Shown here one piece after another: positions 11,815-24,689 of a stretch of 64,000 nucleotides of DNA. The number at the start of each line of letters is the position of its first letter. Position 1 is the stretch's first letter. The DNA is from Eledone cirrhosa. Taxonomy: Eukaryota. The DNA is taken from NCBI GenBank assembly GCA_964016885.1, contig OZ024752.1, positions 5,456,001 to 5,520,000 on the forward strand, read 5' to 3'. The notes under the pieces were generated by a model. That model was not told where the DNA came from, searched no databases, and saw only the letters and a program-made list of their open reading frames with translations. A program made the translations under genes and the position numbers.

Positions 11815-13042
11815 ACCCGTGCACATGAGAAGGTGTGTCTTCCAGAGATCTTGATCTAGTGTCATCGCCTTGGAGAGGTGCAATTGTGCAAGGTTAGCTT
11901 TTATCACCTCATCCCAAGTCTTCCTAGTCCATAGCTTCCATCAACTTTGAGCGCACTGCACCTTTTTATACAGCTGTCATCCTTCATATGCATCACATGT
12001 CCATAGCGATGCAATCTTCTCCTGCACACTGCATCTGATTCCTCTTATGTCCAGTTTCTCTCTCAGTTCATTTATGCTTTGCCGTTCATATATATTACTA
12101 TTACACATCCATCGAAGAATGCAAGCTTCATTCATTTAAAATCTTTGCAGGCCACCTTCACACAGAGCCCAGGTTTTACTATCATGCAACACTGCTGCTT
12201 GTATACATGCATCATACAATTGGCCCTTCATTTTGAGGAAAAAACCTTCAGTAGCTAGCAGCGGTAGTAGCTTCCTAAGGTTTTTTCATCCCGTCCTCAC
12301 TCTGAATAGTTGCCAAGATACTGAAAGCATCTGGATCAGTAGATCACACCATAACCACAAATATTGTAAACCAAGTAATACTAGATGGTGTCATACTGGA
12401 TGATTTGCGCAGCAGCATCATTGTCAACTGCTACAAGGGTAGAGATGCACTAGATAGAGGAAATTATAGAGGTATAAAGCTCATGGACCAGGTCATGAAA
12501 GTAACTGAAAGAGTTATAGCACAGTTGATTAGGGACAAGGTAAATCTGGATGAGATGCAGTTTGGATTTGTACCAGGCAAAAGCATCACTGATGCTCTCT
12601 TCCTTGTGAGACAGTTACAGGAAAAGTACCTAGCTAAAAGCAAGCCAATCTATCTGGCATTTGTTGATCTGGAGAAAGCTTTCGACAGAGTGCCCTGTGC
12701 CATAGTCTGTTGGGCTCTTAGAAAACTAGGAGTTGATGAATGGCTTGTACAGGCTGTAGAAGCCATGTATAGGGGAGCAGTCAGAAAAGTTAGGGTTAAC
12801 AATGACTATAGCGAGGAATTTAGCATACAGCTTGGTGTCCACCGGGGCTCTGTTCTTCACCCTTTCCTGTTTATTATCGCATTGCAGGCTATAACAGGAG
12901 TTTCAGACCGGATGCCCATGGGAACTTCTGTACACAGATGATCTTACACTTATAGCTGAATCTATGGTAGAACTAGAGAAGAAATTCCAAACTTGGAAGC
13001 TGGGCCTAGAAAAAAGGGGTTTCAAAGTCAACCTGACAAAGA
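11815..13042. mobile_element. RTE fragments: 3' part on minus (11815-12300) joined to RT part on plus (12300-13042)
   Basis: ORF 12405-12941 has YKGR..NYRGIKL, QFGFVPGKS, FVDLEKAFDRVP and a degenerate GVHQGS.LSP motif. Confidence 0.92.
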
Positions 13043-13090
13043 GAAAGAGAAGAAAGAAAAAACGAGATAAAATACCTAAATGGGTCTTAC

Positions 13091-13355
13091 CTTAACAGGA
13101 CAGGAGGATCTATACAGCCAGCATCACAGGCATAATAAGGCCGATTATTTCTGTCTAAGGAGACAAACAAGTTAGCTTTGTTGTCTTCTCCAACGATCAC
13201 AGATATATTCAAATGGGTATTGTTGCCGTAATTTATACGTCGAAAAAAGAAGTCTCGGTGCAAGTCTTTTGGCTGTAGGGTGAGCTCTAAGTGGTGATTG
13301 GTGAAATGTAAACCACCAATGCTCAGTACTAATGCTTGAAGAACTCCTTCGGCAC
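13091..13355 (-). CDS. KIAA2013: KIAA2013 homolog exon
   Basis: gtttag| [88 protein letters not shown] |gtaaga. Phases 1/2. Confidence 0.96.
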
Positions 13356-13559
13356 CTAAACATCAGACAAAAACACACAAAAAATAAATAAAATAACAAT
13401 AACAAAAATAATTATTCCAGGCAACACACCCTTTAAGCTTTGTGGGTATGCATGTAAGTAGATGCACAATCACTGCATTTAGTGCAATGCACATTAAAGG
13501 GTTGCTGTTCATATGTTTACACATCAAAATGGTGTACATGAGAGGGGCGAAGGTAGGGG

Positions 13560-14680
13560 AAAGTGGTGTATACTAAATCTATGTTTCAACCCATGCACAT
13601 GGGAGGCCAGATCTTCTGTATCATTGCATAACACCAGAGATCGCGATCCTGTGTCATCGCCTTTAAGGGGTGCAGTTATGCAAGGCCAGCCTTTACCATC
13701 TCATCGCAAGTCTTTCTATTCCATAGCTCCCATCAACTTTAAGCACACTGCACCTTTTTATACAGCTGTCATCCTTCATACGCATCACATGTCCATAGCG
13801 ATGCAGCCTCCTCTCCTGCACACTGCATCTGATTCCTCTTATGTCCAGTTTCTCTCTCAGTTAATTTTTGCTCTGCCGTTCATGCATATTACTATTACAG
13901 GTCCTAGTAAGTAGAAGAGAAAACAAAACCCAGATCTCCCCAGGGAAATGGCCTTGCTCAGTAAGTAGGAAATGTTTAAGTTGAAATTCCATCCGCTGCC
14001 CCAAATGCAAACTATGGGTACACAAGAGCTGTAGTGAGATCTCAGGAAGTTTAGCTAAGAATGTAGGCTTTACATGTAGCAGCTGCACTAGGAGTGCATT
14101 ATGCACAGGAAACAAGCACTATCAAATTGTAGGAGGTCTCTGTAGAAACAGTAGACAGCTTCTGCTATCTGGATGACTGAATTAGCAGTGGAGATGGGTG
14201 TTCTGAAAGTACAGTACCCAGAGTAAAAACAGGATTGAAGAAGTTCAGGGAGCTACTACCACTGTTAGCTACAAAAGGCTTTTCCCTCAAAATGAAAGGC
14301 AGACTGTATGATGCATGCATACAAACAGCAATTTTGCATGGCAGTGAGACCTGGGCGCTGGGAGACAAAGACTTGCGTAGATTGGAAAGAAACTGTAATA
14401 GTAATATATGTGGACGGCAAAGCAAAAATGAACTGAGAGAAACTAGGCATGAGAGGATATTATGTTGCTATGAAGGATGACAGCTGCATAAAAAGATGCA
14501 GAGCGCTCAAAGTCGATAGAAGCCTTGGAATGGGGAGACCCAGGAAGACTTGGGATGAGGTGATAAAAGCCGTCCTTGCCCAACTGCACCTCTCAGAGGC
14601 GATATCACAGGACCGAGATCTCTGGCATTATGCAGTAATACAGAAGACCCAACTTCCCATGGACACAGGCTGAAGATGAA
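13560..14680. mobile_element. RTE fragments: 3' end on minus (13560-13895) and RT-to-3' end on plus (13899-14680)
   Basis: KKFRELLPLL..LYDACIQTAILHGSETW and GRPRKTWDEVI motifs. Confidence 0.9.
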
Positions 14681-14954
14681 GCATACATATATACAGTATG
14701 CCCTACCCCACATATCTCCCATGAGGACAGGCCGAAGCCCCCAGCCTACACTGTAAAGTGGTCGTGTAGGTGTCACAACAAAAAGCACCCAGTACTCACT
14801 GTAAATGAGGTTGGCGTTAGGAAGGGCATTCAGCTGTAGAAACCAAACCAAAATCAGTTCTGTATGAGCAAACCTGACCTAGCATTGCCCACAACAGAAC
14901 AACTCCTCTAACCCATGCTAGCATGGAAGAATGGACGTAAAACGATGATGATGG

Positions 14955-15177
14955 TGCTCCTGTGCAACAGCAACATGTAAAACCTACTTTCTTAGCTAAC
15001 TTACCTTTGATCCCACTACATCTTATGTGCACCCATAGTTTGCATTTCGGCCATAAGATGGAATTTCTACCCACTCCTTTCCTACACACTGAGCAGGCCC
15101 ATTTCCCTAAGGGTGTCTGGGTTTTGTTTTCCTTTCTGCTTACTAAAACTTTAGTCATTGCCAAGTTGATTTTTAGA
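14955..15177 (-). mobile_element. RTE fragment with PHD-like Cys/His finger
   Basis: KWACSVCRKGVGRNSILWPKCKLWVHIRCSGI...FTCCCC. Confidence 0.85.
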
Positions 15178-15187
15178 TGCTACTTAC

Positions 15188-15300
15188 CAGATTTGACCAT
15201 CACTGAGCAGCCTTGCTTCTCTAATGTGATCATCCATGTGGTGACAATCCGGGAAATGGCATCTTCACTAGCAGCATCAAGCCAAAGTGTGGAAGAGAAG
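15188..15300 (-). CDS. KIAA2013: KIAA2013 homolog exon
   Basis: tttcag| [37 protein letters not shown] |gtaagt. Phases 2/1. Confidence 0.95.
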
Positions 15301-15469
15301 CTGAAAGACGAAGAAGAAAATTTTATTTTGTAGTAGAATTATATAAACATACAGAAAAAGAGAGCAGCATTGGAATGGACTATAAATGCCATAAATGAGA
15401 GAAAAAGGATGGGAAGAGCAAGGACTTCTAGACAAAGGAAGAAAGGGGGAAAAGGAGAGGGTGACAGAC

Positions 15470-16365
15470 TCTACACCTGGGTCCCTGGACAAATGGCAAA
15501 GCTATTTCTGCAGACAATGCTCAGCAACACAAGCTGCAACAGCCACCCCACGTCATGGGGCTCATTCCTCAGATGGGCTGCTATTGATCTGATTTTACTG
15601 AGTGGTCAGCTGTCCAGGGTCTGACGACAACCAGTGTAAATAGGAAGTGGCCAGACAAGCTTTGCTATTTGCTTGTCTTCCTGTTCTCTGCATTGCGAGC
15701 TGCCATACTGGGGGTTTGTGGCTGAGAATTGTCACAGCATGTCATGACCCAGATGAGGGATTTACCTCATTCAAAAAGGAAGAGAGTAATTCCATTGGGG
15801 CACTTGCTGTCACCACAATCGTGGCCTATTGGCTCCAGTTGTGACAGGAAGCCTGCCGCATCAAGATTCCTTCTCATTATGTTGTTGAGAGTGGCACATT
15901 GGGAGAACTGGCCTGTATTCTGGTATGATAATGTGTGCAAAACTCATCGATGACAGCCCCACAACGGCATTTATGTGGTTCACATGTGCAGAGGCTGAGG
16001 TATTGAGCTACTCTGATGTAAGTGCACTAGTCATCTAGAAGGGTACTGGTTGATGAAGAGGACACTGAATTGAGCCACATGCCACTGTCTGGTTGCAAGG
16101 TGTTGTAGGCCCAAGCCAGACTTGATCTACCTAAAGGTAGAGTTGCACTTGTTGCTGTCCCTGTTACGCTAAACATTTGTATACTGGTGGAGGGTGAAAC
16201 TTTCGCAGGTCCAGTCGGCCATAGCCTGTTCCAGTTCTTGGGTCACGTCTTGTTTTGCCGTCTTGCTGACGATCTCGCTGATGAGGGTGTGACTGGAGGA
16301 GAGGTAAGCCGGATCGGAAGCCCAGACCACTGAACCTTACAAGTGAGCTTCGCCTGTTGACAGCT
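15470..16365 (-). mobile_element. Decayed CRE-clade (RLE-type) non-LTR retrotransposon 3' part
   Basis: Degenerate VRFSGLGFRS...QPDSGMWLN...CEPHKCRCGAVID...ATLNNIMRRNLDAAGFLSQLEPIGHDCGDSKCPNGIT. This is a zinc finger plus a decayed RPDG nuclease motif. Confidence 0.8.
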
Positions 16366-16419
16366 GGTGCTGTAAAAACTGACATAAAATTGATGATGAT
16401 GAGGTATTGTTATACTTAC

Positions 16420-16619
16420 AGGGTTGAATGTCCACTGTAACAGCGGTCAGGATAATGGAGGATGCTGAGGACTTCATTCCGGCTTTGATCAGATGTACTG
16501 AAGTCATGCATGGGTGACAAGACATTGCTAAGGACATAATACATAGTGGCATTGATTTTATGCCCATTGAGCGTGTTGGCTGCTTTAGAATGACTGATGC
16601 TGACACCACTCTCCCATAA
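16420..16619 (-). CDS. KIAA2013: KIAA2013 homolog exon
   Basis: ttccag| [39 protein letters not shown]...[13 protein letters not shown] |gtaagt. Phases 0/2. Confidence 0.96.
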
Positions 16620-16883
16620 CTGGAAAATACAGTAAAACAATTTATAATAATTTGCAATGTATTTTTATTTGATGTCACAGTATATCAAAATATACTGTGG
16701 AAATAGTAGAGAGAGAATGAGTGACAACAGGAGAATGAAAATAAAAGTGATTCAGGCATGTCAATGTTTTAGATCTCGTATTGAAGCATTGATACTAACA
16801 ACGGATTCATTGAGTAGATGCATCAAGAAGAGTCTGAAGATTATTCATGCCTGTATGCAATCCTGTATGTAAAAGAGGCTTAC

Positions 16884-16952
16884 CTTACTCCATACAAGTG
16901 TGTGTTCTTGCCGTAATTTCTTCTCCTCTATATGAAGGACTTCCCGCATTTC
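16884..16952 (-). CDS. KIAA2013: KIAA2013 homolog exon
   Basis: gtttag| EMREVLHIEEKKLRQEHTLVWSK |gtaagc. Phases 0/0. Confidence 0.93.
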
Positions 16953-17625
16953 CTAAACAAATTATATAAATTAAATTCAACTGAATATAAATATTCATGT
17001 ACATATATCATCATTTTTATGCCTGTTTGTCCAGGCTTGCATCAGTTGGACAGTATCTCTCTATTTGGTTCTTTCCTTTGTCATCTCCTTTGTGAGGTTC
17101 AATGACCTGATATCAGCTTTCACCACCTATGCCTAGGTCTTCCTCTTCTTCAGTTTCATTCCATTTGGAACACCTGGCATTTCTTCACCCAACAATTATC
17201 AATATCATACATAGTATATCCGTATCAGTGCAATCTTGTCTCCTGCCCCCTACATAGAATTCATCTAACACTCAGTTTTTCTTTAAACTTATCTGTACAT
17301 CATCATTCATGTACACTAACGTTATACAACCAGCAGATTATATTCGATTCATTACTTTCTATGATCATCCACACAAGTGGCCATGTCTGTTCTATGTACA
17401 CATCACACATACATTGCATACATCCTTATACTTTCCTTTTATCTCTGTTCATTCACACAAATATTATCTCAGTGACGATGCATATGTACATGTGTGTATG
17501 CATGTTATAAATGTATATGTGTATGTGATCTGTCACATGCAACAACTGCTCGAACAACACTCCTCACACTGTTACAGTTATACAACAACAACAACAACAA
17601 CAGACACAAAATCCTTTGTACTTAC

Positions 17626-17728
17626 TGTAATAACTTTAGGAGAAAGCTCATCTTTCAGGCTTTTCACACGATGTGAATGTACAGGAGGGGAGTAGTGAGT
17701 GACTGTCACGATGTGGAGTTTTACAATG
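17626..17728 (-). CDS. KIAA2013: KIAA2013 homolog exon
   Basis: gtccag| IVKLHIVTVTHYSPPVHSHRVKSLKDELSPKVIT |gtaagt. Phases 2/0. Confidence 0.9.
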
Positions 17729-18344
17729 CTGGACAAATAGAAAGAAATGAAGATGATAATGGTAATGTTTTCTCCTTTATGCACACAATCAATAATTTGA
17801 GGGAGAGAAAATTTGATCAAATCGACCCCAGTGAATTACGGTGCTTTATTTGATCAACCCCGTAAGGATGGAAGGCAAAGCTAACCTTGGCGGGATTTGA
17901 ATTCAGACCGTAAAGGGCCGTAACTATTCTGCAAAGCATGTTGTCTGACGCTCTACCGATACTGCCAATCCACAGCACTTATGACGATAATAATAATAAT
18001 AATAACAACAATGGTTTCTAATTTAAGTACAAAACCTAAAAAGCCAGAAGAAATACAGTGAGACATTTTGTCTGACTCTGCCAATCTATTGCTCCCAAAG
18101 TAACTACATGAAATAATTGTTTCTACATTTGGCACAAGGCCACCAATTATCCCAGTGTATTACTGGTATTTTATTTTATCGACCCCGTAAGGATGAAAGG
18201 CAAAGTTAACCTCGGCAAAATTAACCAAAGTTAACTACATGAAATAATGGTTTCTAATTCAGATCATTATAATTCTTTTGCCTGCTACTGGTACCATGTC
18301 ACCCACTACAATCTGCTTAATTGGTTGTGTTCAGTGACTAAACC

Positions 18345-18580
18345 AGCTCCCCCAATGAGGTAAGGTGGGTAAGTGGAACTCCAGCAGCACAAAAGACAAG
18401 AGCTGTCAAAAGGGTGGATTAACATCTCAGAGTCAATGGCCATCCACCCCAAGTGTGGGTTCAATAGCATCACCAAGTCGCAATTGGCCAAATGTGGTGA
18501 ATACAGCTACACACTGGACATGACTAAAACCCAAAGTGGGAGAGGTTCTCCCAACAGGAGTGAGAAGGCCCTGGATTAGA
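18345..18580 (+). mobile_element. Diverged RTE 5'UTR-like repeat
   Basis: Shares agagtcaatggccatcc and flanking blocks with 23965-24140, 36765-36910 and the element at 991-1525. Confidence 0.55.
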
Positions 18581-19417
18581 TTGGAATTTGGGCACAAGAC
18601 CAGCATTTTGGGGGTGAAGGGAAACTTAATACCAACCCAAATCCAGTCTGGTTCAATGAAATAAAACCACCCACATCAAAGGGTTCCTATTTAAATTAAT
18701 ATCTTCCAACATAATTTTATATATGAACCATATGTTAAGTTACTATGAAATCATTCTTAATTTCATGAAATCCCTCAAAATTCTTCATTAATTAATTGAA
18801 ACAGGGTGTTTCATTAGAAATTCAGTGATGAAAGGATAGAAGGAACGAGGAAGTTTAAGGAGTGAAATGAGAGAGAAGAGTAATAGATACTGAATATACT
18901 TCTGTATAAGTAACATCTTTTTCCACAAAACCTCACTTCAAAATATATGGTACATTGTAAATGTATGTTAAATGGAGAGCTTCCAACCCAGCTACACATG
19001 TCAATCCTGTCCATGATAATAATGAACAGGAGAGGTGACAGTATGCACCCTTGGTGGAACAATTTATCTGAACACAAATACTAGGGCATTCGTATAGAGA
19101 CATCAAGGTAGCAAGAAGCTAATCATCGATCCCATATGCCTGCAGAATCTTCCCCAGCAGGTCCTCAAGAACACTGTCATATGCCTTTTCAAAATCTACA
19201 AAACCTCAATTCAAAATATATGGTACATTGTAAATGTTGTATGTAAAATGAAGGTGCGACTTATCTACTTTACATGATTTATACACGAGTATACACACTA
19301 TATAGCAAACTTAAATATGGCCAAGTTGATTTGGTTTGCTTACTTACTTCAACAGGGTCAAGTTGAACTGGCTTGCTCTCGTTAACATGGCCAAGTTGAG
19401 TTAATTTTATTACTTAC

Positions 19418-19549
19418 CTCATAGACTTAACAAGTAGAAATGCAGGGATTTTAACAACAGCCAGGGAAACTACCACAACCAACTCAGAGTTAGGAATTGA
19501 AACTACACAGTCTGCATGTTGGAATTGGACACCGTCAGTTGAGCTGATG
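19418..19549 (-). CDS. KIAA2013: KIAA2013 homolog exon
   Basis: caacag| ISSTDGVQFQHADCVVSIPNSELVVVVSLAVVKIPAFLLVKSM |gtaagt. Phases 2/2. Confidence 0.9.
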
Positions 19550-19656
19550 CTGTTGGGGTTAGAAAAGTAAACATAATCATAATAAAGGGAGGAGTGCGGG
19601 ACTGTGTCCTGAATATAGTTTTTTTATCCCATTAGTAAAATAAGTTGGATTACTTT

Positions 19657-20174
19657 GAATAAATAATTGTTTCTACTTTTGGCACAAGGCCAGCAATTAC
19701 CCAGTGTATTACTGGTACTTTATTTTATCGACCCCGTAAGGATGAAAGACAAAGTCAACCTTGAATAAATAATTGTTTCTACTTTTGGCACAAGGCCAGC
19801 AATTACACCAGTACATTACTGGTACTTTATTTTATCGACCCCGTAAGGATGAAAGACAAAGTTAACCTTGAATAAATAATTGTTTCTACTTTAGGCACAA
19901 GGCCAGCAATTACCCAGTACATTACTGGTACTTTATTTTATCGACCCCGTAAGGATGAAAGACAAAGTCAACCTTGAATAAATAATTGTTTCTACTTTTG
20001 GCACAAGGCCAGCAATTACCCAGTACATTACTGGTACTTTATTTTATCGACCCCGTAAGGATGAAAGGCAAAGTTAACTTCAGCGGGATTTGAACTCAGA
20101 ATGGCAAGGGCCGTAACTCAATGCGTCAAAGCATGGCGTCCGACCCTCTACCGATACTGCCAATCCACCGCCCT
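19657..20174 (-). repeat. Family A SINE with its 106-bp 3' half in four tandem copies
   Basis: Units start at 19657, 19763, 19870 and 19976. Only the last continues into the tRNA head. Confidence 0.92.
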
Positions 20175-20473
20175 TAAATAAATAATGAATGAATATTACA
20201 TAATTTATGTACTAAATTTCGTAACTCTTGATTAAACATAAATAATTTTATAGCTCATTTCAAGATTCACTTCTTTTAACAGTTTCAAATCTCAACTTCC
20301 AGTATATCGCCACCACCACCACCACTACGATATATATAGACAGAGCGAGAAAGAAAGAGAGAGTGTGTGAAAAGAGAGATACAGACAGAGTGACTATGTG
20401 ACACACGCACATATAAATATATATATATATCATCATCATCGTTTAACGTCCATCTTCCACGCTTGCTTGGGAC

Positions 20474-20543
<70 letters not shown>

Positions 20544-20689
20544 AAAGATCAAGATGTTTTTCAAAACCCTGACCTGTATGTGTGTGCGTATGTGCATATA
20601 CATACATTTATATGTATGAGTATATAACTAATCGCGCAAACACAGACACACTTACAAAAATACACACTCAGACATACATTCAAACAAAC

Positions 20690-22020
20690 ACGGTGTTCCA
20701 CATTGCAAGGCAGTGTGTCAATGCAAATCAGGATGTTGTTGGAGATAAATGTGCCCGGAATGATGCCGGTGTACTTAGTGTCACAAATGATCAGAAAAAG
20801 GAGGTCTGGAAATGTCATTATGAGAAGCTGATGAATGTGAAGAACGAATGGGAGAGAGAAATTACCCTCAGTAGATCCAACAGAGGGACCAGCTATTTAT
20901 TAGCATAACTAATTAGAGAAAGGGTCAAACTAGATGAGATGCAGTTTCGTTTTGTGCCTGGGAAGAGTACAACAGATGCCCTCTTCTTGGTGAGACAATT
21001 ACAAGCGAGGTTAACAGAGGAGTTTAAGACTGGCTGTCCATGGGAACTTCTCTATACTGACAATCTGGTTCTTATAGCAAAATCAGTAGAGGAGTTAGAG
21101 AAGAAATTCTGGCTATGGAAACAGCAGTTGGAAGCAAGAGGACTGAGAGTGAACCTAGCTAAGACAAAACTGTTGATGAGTAGAAAAGAGGACAAAACTG
21201 ATTCCGTCAGGGAAATGGCCATGTTCGATATGCAGAAAAGGAACTGGCATAAATTCTATAAAATGCACACAATGCAGATCCTGGGTACACAAGAGATGTA
21301 GTGGGATAGCAGGAAAACTAACAGGTAGGGAGAAATACGTATGCAGTAGATGTACAGGGAAATTAGACAGTAGAAGTCGCATTGATAGACAGATTTTTCA
21401 AATGCAGGCGGGTGCTATAGAAGTGGTGGATAGATTAGCATGGGAAGGGGGTGTTCCGAGGCCATAGTATCTAGAATAAGGACGAGTTGGAAGAAGTTTA
21501 GGGAGCTGCTTCCTCTGCTGACGAAGAAGGGTTTCTCCCTGCGTACGTAAGGCTGGTTATATGATGCTTGTGAGAGGAGCGCGATGCTGCATGGTAGTGA
21601 GACATGGGCAGCAACTGCAGAGGATATGCGATGGCTGGAGAGAAATGAGGCAAGCATGCTCCGTTGGATGTGCAGTGTCAATGTGCGTGATCGACCCAGC
21701 ATGAATGTGTTGAGAAAGAAACTGTGTCTGAGAGGGATAGAATGTAGTGTACGGGAGAGGAGACTGAGGTGGTATGGACATGTGATGTGCATGGAGGATG
21801 ACCGATGGGTGAAGAAGTGCCAGGAAATGCCAGTTGAAGGAAGACGTGGTAGAGGTAGACCACGAAAAACATGGGCGGTGGTGAGAACAGACCTCAGATC
21901 GCTGAAGCTCACGGTGGAGATGACGAAGTACTGTGATAAGTGGAGAGATGCTGTGCTGAATAAGACCAATCCCACTTTGCAAGCAGGGAAAAGCGGACGT
22001 AAAATGATGATGATGATGAT
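20690..22020 (+). mobile_element. RTE LINE with internal deletions and intact 3' tail
   Basis: QFRFVPGKSTTD, ELLYTD, MLHGSETW...GRGRPRKTW. Ends gcggacgtaaaa(tga)n. Confidence 0.93.
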
Positions 22021-22314
22021 ATATATATATATAAATATACATACGTTACACACAAACACACATACACACATATATGCATAACACACACACAAACATACAT
22101 ACAATACATACATTACACATACGTACAATACACACATACATACATTACACACACACAATACAAACAAACCCCAAAAGCAATAGGATATTTGTGCCTGCAT
22201 GTAGATAATTAAAATTAAAACCAAGAAGAATGTTAGCTATTAAATATCTATTGATTGTCTAAACCCATTCAAAGGTTACAGAAGATGGTAGTTAATGAAC
22301 ATTATATTAATCAT

Positions 22315-22492
22315 TGGCAGTATCGGTAGAGAGTCGGACGCCATGCTTTCCAGCATAGTTACGTCCCTTTACGGTCTGAGTTCAAATCTTGCCGAGGTTC
22401 ACTTTGCCTTTCATCCTTACGGGGTCGATAAAATAAAGTACCAGTAATGTACTGGGTAATTGCTGGCCTTGTGCCTAAAGTAGAAACAATTA
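22315..22492 (+). mobile_element. Family A SINE, the only plus-strand copy seen
   Basis: tggcagtatcggtag...gagttcaaatc...gcctttcatccttacggggtcgataaaataaagtaccag...cttgtgcctaaagtagaaacaatt. Confidence 0.92.
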
Positions 22493-22498
22493 TATTAA

Positions 22499-23155
22499 TC
22501 TATATATATAAAGTTGTAGTTCCTGTCTGCTTGTTTGTTTGTTCACGAACTCCTCCTATGGTTTTGGAGATAGACCCCCATAACCATATATATTCTGAAA
22601 CTACATTGCCCAGGGTACTTGGATAAGTATATTTCATTTTAATCAAAGGGTTCCCCGGGGGCACAAACCCCCGCTGAAAATGTTTTCCCTTCGGTTTATA
22701 TAAAACCTTAGGTAAATGACAAGATGTGATGCCTATTCACAAAATTTCAGCAAATTTCAATAATATTAAGACACCCTAATGGGGATAAACCCCCTATTAG
22801 GGTTCCCCGGGGGGCACAAACCCCATGCTGAAAATTTTTTCCCTTCGATTTATATGAAATTTAAACCATAGGTAAATGACAAGATATGATGCCTATTCAC
22901 AAAAGTTTTGAATTGATATTTTTAAAAAATTTATTTACAAGAAACAAAATAAGAATAAAATTTAATAATGTAATTTTGATTTGATATATTACAAAAAATA
23001 ATGTTTTCCAATTTTTCATGCATTACATTTCACACTGAGTAATATAGAAATGCAGAGTTTTTCTCCATAAATTATATCACTGATAAAAAATCAATCATCA
23101 TTTTCTTACAAAAAAAAAAATGTGCGAAACGCAGCAGGGCGGGTAATTCGGCTAG
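22499..23155 (+). mobile_element. Non-autonomous Helitron-like element
   Basis: A|TCTATATATATAAAG start, (gttt)n subterminal repeat, GC-rich end ...GGCTAG|T, and an internal direct repeat. Confidence 0.7.
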
Positions 23156-23277
23156 TACTAATAAATACTGACAAGAAACAAAGTAAAAAAAGAGTAGCTG
23201 CAGTTTGATATGTGCCATATTTACTATATTTGTAGAGAAGAAATACAAAAATTTGAAGAGAAAATGCTATTACTTAC

Positions 23278-23351
23278 CTAGCATAGTTCATTGTTGACCA
23301 GGTACAATCTGGTGCTACAGGTCTATTTAACTCTACTACAATTGGGATAGG
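23278..23351 (-). CDS. KIAA2013: KIAA2013 homolog exon (74 nt)
   Basis: aaacag| PIPIVVELNRPVAPDCTWSTMNYA |gtaagt. Phases 0/2 bridge the neighbouring exons exactly. Confidence 0.88.
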
Positions 23352-23451
23352 CTGTTTGAATAGGAATGTGATACATATCATTCAACAGATGGCACTTAAG
23401 TAACAGTAGTAGCAGTAATAACATATATTATATACATACATACTAATAATA

Positions 23452-23770
23452 ATTGTTTCTACTATTGGCACAAGGACAGCAATTATTCCACTGCATTACT
23501 GATACTTTATTTTATCGACCCTGTAAGGACGAAAGGCAAAGTTAACCTCAGCGGGATTTGAACTCAGACCATAAAGGGACGTAACTCTATGCTGGAAAGC
23601 ATGGCGTCTGACCCTCTACCGATCCTGCCAATTCACCGCCCTTTTATCGACCCCGTAAGGACGAAAGGCAAAGTTAACCTCAGCGGGATTTGAACTCAGA
23701 CCATAAAGGGGCGTAACTCTATGCAGGAAAGCATGGCGTCCGACCCTCTACTGATACTGCCAATTCACCG
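23452..23770 (-). mobile_element. Family A SINE with duplicated head/core
   Basis: 23511-23641 is repeated at about 23642-23770. Confidence 0.9.
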
Positions 23771-24689
23771 AAAAGGATGAAGTGTTAAATCTTCATTATT
23801 TTTATTGAGGTGTTACAAGCGCTTCGCGATTGACCAGCTAAAGGCTCGTTCTGGCCTGACTCTGGAATCAAAAGCTTGGACTTTTTCATGGTAATGACAT
23901 AATGATACGCTTGTGGTTTGAACAAGTATATAACAATTCACCTTCATTTATATCAGAGTTAATGACCTCCTCAGAGTTAATGGTCATCCACCCCAACTAT
24001 GGGTTAAATAGCATCACCGACTCATAATTGGCCAAACGTGGTGAGTACAGCTAAACTCTTGAAAACGTTATCAAAATCAAAAAGAAAACTGTGATGGTCA
24101 ACCAGAGATGGGTTCCTCCAACAAGAGTGAGGATTGGATATATATATTCAAAATAGGGTTGGGAAGCAACAGGACAAAGACAATGGAAAAAAACAATGCA
24201 AGTACATCTCAGTCAATCTCTGAAAATCACTACAGTTTTGGAGCATTGAGGTTGATACTCTTCATTCCAGTGCACATTGGACCATAACAAAACAGACGAA
24301 GACAAGACGATGTATGCCTTTCAGTGAATTACACAAAGATGAAAAAGTATCCTAAGTGCGTCAACTGACAAAGACGGAAGAGAACAGTGCCTGGGGGCTT
24401 AACCAAGGGAGAAAAATTATAAAGGATATATATATATATCATTACAAGTTGTCATAGTCCAAGACAAGATGGGTCACAGAGACCTTATCTTGCTCATACA
24501 TTCCATATTTGGCATGGTTGCTACAACTAGATGCCCTTGCTAATGCCAATCAATTTACAGAGTGAACTGGGTGTGTTTTATCGTAGTACCAGCACTATAA
24601 AATGTCTTATACTGCAATTAGTGAACAATGGTACATCATCATCCAGTTTTTTTATTTAGGCAGGACACAATTAATCCCTAAGTAGGAGT

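Noticed and set aside
16278-16320. CTGATGAG motif
   Set aside because: No GAAA or stems, and it lies within the CRE coding relic.
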